From Hyphochytrium catenoides (Eukaryota; Protista; Hyphochytriomycota): 64,000 nucleotides of DNA. The stretch is from positions 3,576 to 67,575 of the forward strand of contig FLMG01000823.1 in NCBI GenBank assembly GCA_900088475.1, read 5' to 3'. Both the position numbers and the translations under genes were made by a program. Positions 54,443 through 64,000 of the stretch are shown here, piece after piece. Position 1 is the first letter of the stretch. Every line of letters starts with the position of its first letter. Below the pieces are notes generated by a model, which searched no databases, had not been told where the DNA came from, and was given only the letters and a program-made list of their open reading frames with translations.

Positions 54443-56854
54443 ATGGCAAGTGCTTGCAGAAGGGTCGAGCCACATCCCTTACCTTTCTCTCTCTCAAAAG
54501 AGTCCTATCAGGAGGCCGCCGCAGCTCTTCCTTTAGCGCCATCCTCAACGGGCGCCACGACCGGAACCATTCCTTACCACAGTTCGCCTTGCTCAAGCTT
54601 CCTCAAGTTCCTCGCTGATGTCCTCATACTCTTCTGCCTCAGTTTCACTATCACAGCAGGAGTCCTCGTTCTCTACATCTTCCTCTGTATCTTTCTTCCG
54701 TCTCCAATCTCTCTTGCTTGGTGCCACAGCCGGTGCTCATCTCTTTCTGGTGGGACTGAGGTTCAGGATTGTAGGGGTGAGATACCCTGGATCTCCTCCT
54801 GCGGCATATTGACCAGCATGGGCCACTATGTCTTCGTTCTCTTGGTGCTGCATCCAGGTAGCTTTCTAACGTGTTCCTATGCATACAAGGAAATCTATCC
54901 GAGGAGAAACGCTCAGCCTGGAGCTCTACGAAGGTTAGTTTGGTGGACCGTCGTGGTGACCATCGCCAGTAGCGTGCTTTATACGTTGCAAGTGCGTGTG
55001 ATTGGTAGCATCGGCTTCTATCCCGGGCAGATTGGGTATGTTGCCTTGTTGCTCATCGTTCATTATGACAAACCCGCGGGAGGCTGGAGTCGGTCGCAAT
55101 ACTTCACAGAGATTGGGACACAGATGATCCCCACCGTAGCGGTGATTGGATCACTGAACTTCCTCTTTCCTCTTCTCTTCCAACATCTCTCGTTCTCTCT
55201 GCGGCGGATAACTGTAGGCTACGTCCTCCCAGCTTGCTTCTTCCTCCTTTCGATAGCAACTAAACGTTGTTTGGCTAGGCTCCAAGAGAGAAGCAGTAGT
55301 AGAGCGTCTGCAACGGCGCCGGGCAACGATCGAAAACTCTCTTATCCTTTTCCTTCAGCTCTCCTGGCTGTTGCGCCCGGTGCGATCGTGACGAAGATCA
55401 AGAAGATAATCCCGGCTAGTGCCGTAGGCCTTTCTAACAGACAAGAGCTGGGCGAGCCGGCAGGTGGACTGCGCAGGGAGGAAAGAGAACAATGCTCAGC
55501 GCTGATGGGCCCCAACAGGGGAGAGGAATGTCGAGAGAGATCAGCCGCCACACCTGCTGCTGGTACCACGGTACGGGAAGAGGAGCCTGGAGAAGCGTCG
55601 TTAGAGCAAAGACACCACAGAAAGGGAAGAGAAGCAGCAGGTCATATGTCCGCAGTGCCCGAGCACACCTCGTCAAGTAAGCCAAGAGAGATGAAGGAGA
55701 AGCAACAATTGATGGAAAGAGACGGACAGGAGAGGGAAGCAGTCATAAACGAGGACGGTCACCTCAGATCAGGAAGTAAGGCAGCACACCTCGTCGGAGA
55801 TTCTCACAACGAGGTGGTGGGAGGAAGAGTTGAAGATCAGAGACGTCAAGAGAGTGCCCGGGTACTGCAAAAAGGACTGGAAAAAAGCAGCACTACTTCC
55901 ACGGAGTCTATCAGTGGAGATCCCATTCTTTTCATGCTCTATTTGACACTTCAATCAATCCAAGTCTGCGCGAGCATTAGCAACGCCCAAGAGCTTAACG
56001 CACTTCAACTTATCGCCACCTCTACGGGCTCTTCTTGTCTAAACTTCATTGCTACGATTACGTTTCGGATCTTCAAGGCCAGGCTTTCTCTTTCGAATGC
56101 GCATGCCAAGAAACGGAGAGAGACAAGAGCAGCGGTGAGAAGGGAGAAGGAGGAAAGAGAAAGAGCAGGCACTATAGAGACTCAGGAAGAAGTCACAACA
56201 ATCGCCAAGAAAGTTGTGATGGTGGGATCAGCTTCCATCTCGACGCCCTTTGCTGGTGACGAACCCCCGAAGAGAGAAGAAATGAACATCTTTGCAAGCC
56301 AGCATAGGGAAGAAGAAGCAAAAATGGCCCCGAGGATGAGCACTATTCTTACTTCTTTCAGAGACTCACTGACTCTTCTCTCTTCTTCCTCTCTCGACAA
56401 CAATGAGGAACTAAAGGCACGCGTAACCTCCTGGCGACGAATGGCGATGAACATGACGATTGCGACGGTCTGTTCCATTGCAGTTCTGGTTGTTACTCTT
56501 CTCTGTCGAAATTTCGTGCGCAGCGGGATGTTAAGGCACGGCACCTGCTACACAGGTCTTGGAGACGCTAGCTTAGAGACTGGTGACTCTGAGTCTCTTC
56601 TTTTACAGATATCTGTCTCGGGTTTTTGGGCATCAATGGATCCTAGAATAGATTATGTGCAGTACGTGGTCGTGGTGCTGGTCCTCGTGTTAGCCTTTGT
56701 CGGCATACTGGAGCTGATGGGGCTACACTTCTTGTACACGTGGTCGAGAGAGAGGCGGATGCATTTCCAGAATGCTATCCTCTTCCAGATCTTTATGAGC
56801 CCTTTTCTGACCACTAGCCTACTCTTCGCACTCATCTCCCCTGCCATGTGCTAG
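54443..56854 (+). CDS. Intronless multi-pass membrane protein, paralog B (803 aa)
   Basis: Same conserved TM blocks as 50358-52739; the two hydrophilic loops are divergent. Confidence 0.85.
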   Translation: MASACRRVEPHPLPFSLSKESYQEAAAALPLAPSSTGATTGTIPYHSSPCSSFLKFLADVLILFCLSFTITAGVLVLYIFLCIFLPSPISLAWCHSRCSSLSGGTEVQDCRGEIPWISSCGILTSMGHYVFVLLVLHPGSFLTCSYAYKEIYPRRNAQPGALRRLVWWTVVVTIASSVLYTLQVRVIGSIGFYPGQIGYVALLLIVHYDKPAGGWSRSQYFTEIGTQMIPTVAVIGSLNFLFPLLFQHLSFSLRRITVGYVLPACFFLLSIATKRCLARLQERSSSRASATAPGNDRKLSYPFPSALLAVAPGAIVTKIKKIIPASAVGLSNRQELGEPAGGLRREEREQCSALMGPNRGEECRERSAATPAAGTTVREEEPGEASLEQRHHRKGREAAGHMSAVPEHTSSSKPREMKEKQQLMERDGQEREAVINEDGHLRSGSKAAHLVGDSHNEVVGGRVEDQRRQESARVLQKGLEKSSTTSTESISGDPILFMLYLTLQSIQVCASISNAQELNALQLIATSTGSSCLNFIATITFRIFKARLSLSNAHAKKRRETRAAVRREKEERERAGTIETQEEVTTIAKKVVMVGSASISTPFAGDEPPKREEMNIFASQHREEEAKMAPRMSTILTSFRDSLTLLSSSSLDNNEELKARVTSWRRMAMNMTIATVCSIAVLVVTLLCRNFVRSGMLRHGTCYTGLGDASLETGDSESLLLQISVSGFWASMDPRIDYVQYVVVVLVLVLAFVGILELMGLHFLYTWSRERRMHFQNAILFQIFMSPFLTTSLLFALISPAMC

Positions 56855-58169
56855 ACAAGTGGTGCATTCTTCCCCATGTCTTTTTCTCTCGTGCCCATGT
56901 TATCACGTCTCAATATTCCTTGCACAATGCGTCTTCGCAGGCCTAACGCAAGTGCCTAAGCTGCTAGAAGACAGACTGCTTATCCAATCTAAGTGCGTGG
57001 CTGAGAGGCATTCCCTCTTCGGTGAATAAGAGTACTGCTTCACTCAACATAATGCAAATGCTCTTATATTTCACCAACCCACAGGGAGGTACCGTGAATA
57101 AGGTTGCTTTTATATATAACAGACCGCTATACCCTTCCTCCTGCTGATATTGGCGTCAAAATAGATGGGCAACGTAGACAAAGAGTGAAGGGATGACAGA
57201 CAAAATAGACATGAAGCATGAGAATGACGATAGAGGAGAAGGAGACAATATGAAGGAGTAGATAGTACTAGCGATAAGGACGAGAAGAAAGAGAGGGGCA
57301 ACCTCTTATTGCTCAAGATTCCTCCAATGTGGCAAGCAAGCAACTTGTGAGGCCTGTCATGGGTGGCCGCGACTCCTCACCATAACGGCCCCAGCTAGCA
57401 GCACTGCGTTCCTTCTTCTTTCCCCATCTTGTCCCTTGACTCTTACGAGGCGTTCGTCAGCGGTCAATTCAAGTGTAATTGGACCAGTTGGCCTTTTGGC
57501 GCTAACTCTGCTCCACAGGACCCAATACTCTTCAAACCTCGCATCCAAGCTCTTGCTTCCTAAAACCAGTCATCAAGTGGTCTCCAGCACCTGATGCTGC
57601 TGCTTTCTTCAGAAGAAGAATGGGGCACTGAGGCCTTGGAGACGGAAGAGCTTTATCAAAAGAACACGGGATCTGCCTGAAGATTGACAGAAATAATGGA
57701 GTAGTGCCAAAGGTCAGGATTCGCAAGCGTATCGCTGCATTTTTGAGCTCACCATTTCAGAGCTTCTCCAGGAGTCGTCCAGCACCACCCTCGGAGTACA
57801 GCGCACGATACGAGTTTGTATAGTGGAGCTTCCACATATCTTCAGAATAGTTCTGAGTCTTGAGATGAAGAATATTGAGAAGATAGTAGCTCTTCAGCCT
57901 CCTAGTACAGTTGTAGTCTTAGAGAGAAGCGTAAGGTCTCTTCCAAAGGGAGCTAGGAGCCCGTATACTCGGGGCAATACCTAGTAGCCCAAGGTCTACC
58001 CCTAGATTCAGCGCTTTGCGGGGCTCTTACTATGTTCTCTGTCCTTCTCTAGCTTGTCGTTTATTCCGGGGGCTCTTTTGGAGGTTTGTCCCCATTTATC
58101 ACACTGCTGAACCAGAGTGTCGAGGCATTCCCCGGAGCACGTCAGCACAGAGGAAGCTTGTGCAGCATC

Positions 58170-61071
58170 ATGCAAGTTGGCAATGGCAAGAGCAGGAAAC
58201 GGAGCTTCCGGCAGGTACATGTGAATCTTGAGACTCCCTACACTGCTCTTTCTTTGATTCTTGCTGGCACGGTTAAGCTTAAGCTTGTCGTTATGTTTTA
58301 GGTCTCCTTGGCTGAACCTGTGCAGAAGCTCAGTTTCCCCCATAACATGCTCCCAACAGCTATTCACCTAGCAAACGTCGATAACTCACTTCCTCCAGAG
58401 TCCGCGCTAGTTGTTGGCGGTATCGATGGCCATCTGGCAATATTCAAGGTTTCACTCTCCGCCTTTTCCTATAAGCTGTACTGCTCGCTCAGGCTTGATG
58501 AGCCTCTTTTCTGCTATTTGCACTCCCGGCCGGCCATCAATCGATGCTTGTGGTTCACTTCTCTATGTCTGCTCGTACGACAGGGTACAGTGACAAGCGC
58601 CCCACGGTACGTCGCCCAGAGCTTGGGTACCATCACTTTGATCGTGTCAGGAGACATATGGCAGACCGGAAAGGTGGACGTCTACCCTCTACCTCTACAT
58701 TTTTTCTTGACTAGCTCTGCTTTACATCTCTAACTCTCCTTGAATTCTTCTTTGACTGTCTAAGAAGCTCCAGGCTGACCCGCTTGCTTTGCCTCTCTCT
58801 CCGCACCATAATGTATGATGACAGAATGATCTCATCGTCATCTGTGCAGAGGGATATGCTTTCCTCTTCACCTTGGCGCCATCTACTGACCTGGATCCGG
58901 TTCTTATCCACCCCTCAGGAACTTATGTGAGTTCTTCACTTTGCCTTGTCCTACCTGTCTATGCCGCTCACCTTCAAAACTTGGGCGCTCCACCACCTGT
59001 CAGCCTCTATTTCCTCCATCCTTCATTCTAACGTTTACATCGCGGCAGCAAGTTCCTTGCAATGTCACCAGCGGATTGCTCCAACCCATCAACGGTTCAA
59101 AGGGTCCATTGTTAGTCTTAGGTACCCAAACAGGCGAGGTGTACGCCTACCGGTTTGTAGAGCGGGTGAGCCATTGCTCGTCGCTCTTCTAATAGGATAC
59201 CCTTTCTTATCTCTCTTATTTCCCATTCTGATAGGAAACCTCTTCCTGTCCCTTCGTAGAATTAGCGCGGCTGAAGATCGCCGAACCGGTAAGTGATCAT
59301 GAGATATTATTTGATGCCTAAAGCTCTTCTATTTCTCTAACTAGAGTTGGCTTCCTTACACTCTAGATCCATTCTATTGCCCGGTCTACAAAAGGCTGTC
59401 TGGGCCTTGTCAAAGAGGGTGATGGCTTGATACTTGGCCTTCGTTCAGGAGGCGTAGCCGTTGTCGACTGCCAAACTTGGCAGATGAAGAGGACTGAGTC
59501 CGGTATGAGCTTAGAAAGCTATTTCTCTTTCCCTAGGTCCCAGAACAACCCACCTTCTCCCTCAACAGGCTGACACGTGCTTTCTTGCAGCGGCCAATAT
59601 TGAGGAGGAGTTTGGAGGGATCTTTGTTCTCTCCCATTTTCCAACATCTTTAGGAGCAACGAGCAGGTCAGACATCCCTTAAATGACGGACACAGGGTGT
59701 TTGACCGTTATGGCAAGAAGTTGGCAGGATGGAACTCTGCGCCTCAGCATAGCGAACCTGATGATAGGCGGTGGCTTTAGCTCTATTATTGTCGCCCCTA
59801 ATGATCGCTTCCTCAGGCTGGCGAGTTCATCTGTTGCTATTATTTCCCTAAGCGGCAGAATAGAGCTTCTGTCAGAGAATACCGGAAGCGTCCTAGATAC
59901 CTTCTCACTTGAGGATGAGATTGTGTCACTTGGTGCTCTGACATTGGATGGGAAGGAGGTATGTATATTGCATCTATGTGCCGTCCAATGAAGTGGTGTA
60001 GAGTTTTTGGTTGTCACTCTTTGGACATCGCCTTGTAATCCGCTGCGCTTTTCCTCGCTGGAAGGCTGCACCAAGTGGAGGTCGCCCTCTAATCTTCCTC
60101 TAAAGCAGTGTTATGCTAAGGAGAAGGCCAACGAGAATTATTGCCTGTCTGAATGCTAACCCAATGCCTTATTCGCTGCTCTATAATTCTTTACAGCTTC
60201 TAGCTCTTTGCTCGTACGATGGTGTCGTACACTTGCTAGATGACAGGATGCGGGAGTGCCGGATCCCTCTTCCAGCACAAGTCCGAGCATTCATTGCAGG
60301 TAACCGTAGAACTGATCAGCGAGACTACCCAGAAGAGGTTACAAAATGATGCAGAAGATAGTTAGCGCATGAGGAAGAGCAGGTATTTAAGAGCTAAGTT
60401 ACTGAAGGTGAAGCCTGAGAAATGGCTGAAGGGCAAGAATAGAGGAAGGTAGAGAGAAAGGATCCCAAGAGCTGACAATTGGCCAAGGGTGGAGCTATCC
60501 TTCATTCCTAAGTACAGAGTTCTACGCTTGAAATCGAAGAGCTTGTCTTAAAGGATGATGCATTCTCCTAGGCTCTTATGCTACCGAGGAAGGATTAAAT
60601 GAGTCTGTCCTCGTCACTGTCTCGACCTCGGGAGACATTCTCCTCTATTCAAGACTGGAGAAGCTGTTACCCGTTCTACAGCGGAGGACGATGGTAAGAT
60701 GGAGCCATTATAGCTTTTGGGCAGTGATCTATCTTCTTTACGTTTGAGTTGCAGACTGATTTTCTCAGTCGCTTGCCCTTTAGCTATCGGAGCTTTGTAG
60801 GATGGACTCTGAAGCCGTTGCGAAGATCCGGACGCTTGCTGATTCGTTCCCGTCCATCATCTCCAGCCTTCCAGCGTACCTGGCCGAGCGAGTGCCAAGC
60901 GCACTTAAGGACACGGAAGACTCGCAGGACAGAGCCGGCGAACGCTTGTGGAGGAAAGGAGAGTTTGAGCTTCGACACAAAGACCGAGACCTCATTCAGT
61001 TCTGCAAATCTTTGCAGAGGAATGATATGGAGGCTCTCAACCAGGCCGCTTCGACGATGCAGCAAGGGTAA
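58170..61071 (+). CDS. ITFG2: KICSTOR subunit ITFG2-like FG-GAP beta-propeller protein (multi-exon)
   Basis: Spliced motifs: VSL...MLPTAIHLANVDN...LVVGGIDGHLAIFK, GTITLIVSGDIWQTGK|NDLIVICAEGYAFLF, VPCNVT...NG...LVLGT...VYAYRF, DGTLRL, LALCSYDGVVHLLD...VRAFIAG|SYA...LVTVS. These parallel ITFG2 motifs along the whole length. Confidence 0.8.
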
Positions 61072-62806
61072 AACTGACCCACCATAGGCCAAAAAGTGCA
61101 ACCCTTTACAGAGCTAGACACGTCCTGGAGTTGACTACTGACTACCGTGGCGGAAGCCTTCAGGAAGCCTTAGTTTTCTACTTAGGACCTCATATACTAC
61201 CATCTTTGCGCTCCTGAGTTGGCCAAACGCCAAGCCTGCTACCGCTCAGCGAAGGAAGGAAATCCTCCAGGGTTCCATTTTATCCAAGAGGAATATGGGC
61301 TCAACGGAAGCCAGCAAGTAGGGAACAGTCCAATATCTCCCGGGGTCAGCTCATCACTCTGGTACCCTCATGTTCCCTATTGTTGCTCTGAGACTATGCC
61401 TCTCCATTCCAGCAGTGGCTTTGCAGCGCGCTTTATATGGCGTGGTTTTGCAGAGTTAATAAAAACAATGAAGAAGGGAGGAAGTTAGGTTATCCTCAGC
61501 CCCGCTCATTTGCTTGTGTCCTTTCCGTCATGAATATGCTACCCCTATCTCCGACGCCAAAGCCCTCTATCAGCGGCGCCGTGGACTGCCTTGGGCCGGC
61601 AGCTGGGCGTCCAACTCTTCAAGCTCACAAGCCAACGCGGAGGTGTTGACCTGGTGCTTGAGATGGAAGCGACAGTCTCTGACAAACTGGCGAAAGCTCA
61701 CATCATCAAATGTGTATAGAGACCTTTAGACCTAGCGACGACTCATAATTTTGGTTTGAAGCTTTCGTTCTTATGACTTCAACCGGGGTTGCGTGTTGTT
61801 GTTGCAGTTGTTCCTCAAATGACATGAAACGGATCTCTTTACCTTGATGGTGAGATCACCGATCTTGGTGGGGGCGAGGGCGGTGGTGGCTTGGCAGTGG
61901 GAGAGCAAAGGTGTGGGCGGTGCTTGCGACTAAGTAAGGCGTCATAGCCTTTCTTCTCATCAGTGCTGGACAGGATGGTGGATTGCTGGCTGGCGTCCTG
62001 TCAAGCTCCATAATGGTATGATGGGAGTACTGGGCCGTGCTGGGATAGCCATGGCATATGCAGGAACTTTTCTGCCGATGGCTCGAAGACGGTTGACCTA
62101 TAAATGATTCACAGGAGCGGTGATGGAGCACCTCTCCCCCGAAGTACGTTGCTTTGGTTTGACAGCTACATACACACAGTATGGAACTAATCTTTATAAT
62201 AAAGCGCCAGCCCTAACAATGGTCTTTCTCATGGGTCGAGAGGACTCATCCCCTTGCCGGCCCACCGCCTTCTTGCTCTGACAAACCCATTCTCTCCTTA
62301 CACTTCTAATATTCCTGAGACCACGGATCGGTGAGGCCACCGCCTTCCTACCACTACGTAACATGCATGACGTCCAAGGCTTCCAACGCAAGCTCATAAC
62401 GCTCCTATGATCCGCCTAACATGCAGGCAGCATGTCCCGCAGCTTGAAGCCCATCATCTTCACCGTTGGCTGGTCATCACAGCCCGATGATGAAGCCCTA
62501 GCCCGAGCTGCAGCCAGGCAGCCGCAGGATGGCGATGATGAAGTGAAGATCAAGAGCTTCTTCAAGTGGAATAAAGCGTCGTTGTTGTTAGCCAGCTGTA
62601 CAGTAGATCCAACAATCAATATCCCTGATATTACCTATATATTAGGGACAACCAAAGCAATGGTGGGACTGATTCTGGATCGGTGGTTGGAAGTTGAAGG
62701 TTGGACACATACTGGGGCGCGGGTTCTGATCAGCTTCCTCATCGAAAAAATGAGCGGAGCTTCCTGGTCTGCGCCTGATAGTCAGTCAACATCCTGGGCT
62801 GTCTCG

Positions 62807-62807
<1 letters not shown>

Positions 62808-62867
<60 letters not shown>
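62808..62867. repeat. (CT)n microsatellite
   Basis: Directly visible. Confidence 0.95.
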
Positions 62868-62876
<9 letters not shown>

Positions 62877-63108
62877 GTCTCTGTCTCTCTCCCGCGGTTT
62901 GTCTTCAACCGCATCAACATCCGGCGCCAGCACCTAGTAGCAGTGAAGAACTAGATTGGCACTCTAGCCATCTCGCACAGCCTTGCTAGTTTCCTCCAGA
63001 GTCATTGAAGTCTCCTTGCCTTGTCCAAGACCTACCACTACCGTGTGATCGGCAGCCCTAGAAGCACAGTGCAGCAAGACGTAGAGCCTTCCACAATAAT
63101 TATCCACT

Positions 63109-64000
63109 ATGGTTGCCACGGAGATAACGCCCACCGCCAATACCTCGTACGTGGCAGATGCCACGGTCGAAGTGGCGAGTCTCCCAGTTATTGATATTGA
63201 GTCTTTCATGAGTTGGAAGAACGGAGAGACCGACAAGGAGAGTGATGCGAAGGTTGAGAGCAAGAAGCTTGCCCATGCACTCCATCACTTTGGCTGCTTT
63301 GTCGTCCGAGACCCGCGGGTGTCTGAGGAGGATAATAACCGCTTCCTTGACCTTATGGAGAGATACTTTGAGCAGACCAACTTTAGAGATGATGCAAGAC
63401 CAGAATATCACTACCAGGTGAAGCGCTTGTCGTCTCTGTTCGCCCTGCTTTCAATCTTCCTGCTCTCACTGCAGCTAAGTTTTCGAGCTATTCTGCCCAT
63501 GGAGGCCTTCAACCTATTTAGCTAGAAAAAACCTCTCCCGGCCCTTACTCTGTCGGCATAAGTGCCTAGCTCTTTCTCGCCTTTCTCTCTTCCCTAGCGA
63601 GGTCTACGGTTCCCCGCCTTGATATTCTACTTACTGTCTCAGCAATGCTCAGGTTGGCGTGACCCCTGAAGAGGTGGAGAAGGCAAGAAACCACTGTGGA
63701 CGGATGAACAATCTGAAGGAGGCGAACAAGCCACTAACACTCTGTCCACCGGAGCACGATCTCAAAAGCCGCTTCTTCTGGTGAGAACTCCGGCTTCTTG
63801 TTTTCATCACTTGCGAGTCTAGGTGGTCAGCCGTGGGAAGTCCTGTTTATCTTAGGGGCAGATCTGTCTCACAGATCTAAGACCTGGGTGTGAGCCCAGC
63901 TGCTTATCATTGGTGTACCTGTTAACAATGTAAAGTCCTGCTGAAGAGATCCTTGCATCCGCCCTTGCCCATGACATCATGCAGGAGAATTGGAGACAAG
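63109..64000 (+). CDS. 2-oxoglutarate/Fe(II) oxygenase-like (isopenicillin N synthase/clavaminate synthase-like superfamily) protein, 5' part
   Basis: LPVIDIESF...LAHALHHFGCFVVRDPRVSEEDNNRFLDLMERYFEQ...DARPEYHYQ|VGVTPEEVEKARNHC...DLKSRFFW. The gene continues past the window end. Confidence 0.75.

Noticed and set aside
62432-62989. 185-aa ATG ORF upstream of the oxygenase gene
   Set aside because: It runs through a CT microsatellite and has no recognisable domain; insufficient support.
1-64000. Prokaryotic features (operons, CRISPR, defence systems), rRNA and tRNA genes
   Set aside because: Spliceosomal introns and eukaryote-specific genes occur throughout, and no rRNA or tRNA signatures were seen by eye.

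Overview
Eukaryotic nuclear DNA with short GT-AG introns, abundant (CT/GA)n microsatellites and one N-gap. The gene content suggests a microbial eukaryote, probably centriole-bearing; the taxon cannot be fixed from this window. There are three zones. (1) 1-15 kb: the 3' end of a HECT E3 ligase, then a tandem array of four intronless hydrophilic paralogs. They combine a conserved PEEE(D/E)DI motif, a His/Val/Glu-rich module (1, 1, 8 and 1 copies; exact 255-bp period in the third gene), a plant-dehydrin-like S-segment (three of four genes) and a C-terminal K-segment-like helix. This apparent dehydrin/LEA-like stress-protein cluster is the most interesting object in the window. (2) 15.8-46 kb: compact intron-rich genes, namely HUS1, a sorting nexin-like PXA-RUN-DysF-PX-PXC protein, a TEDC2-like protein, an IQ/coiled-coil kinesin-14-like protein lacking the ATPase motifs, an EF-hand protein, a coiled-coil protein and a PX protein. 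(3) 46-64 kb: an orphan intronless ORF, a decayed RLE-type (CRE-like) non-LTR retrotransposon, two intronless multi-pass membrane paralogs, ITFG2, and the 5' part of a 2OG-Fe(II) oxygenase-like gene. Exon boundaries and family calls were made by eye from remembered motifs; no searches were run.
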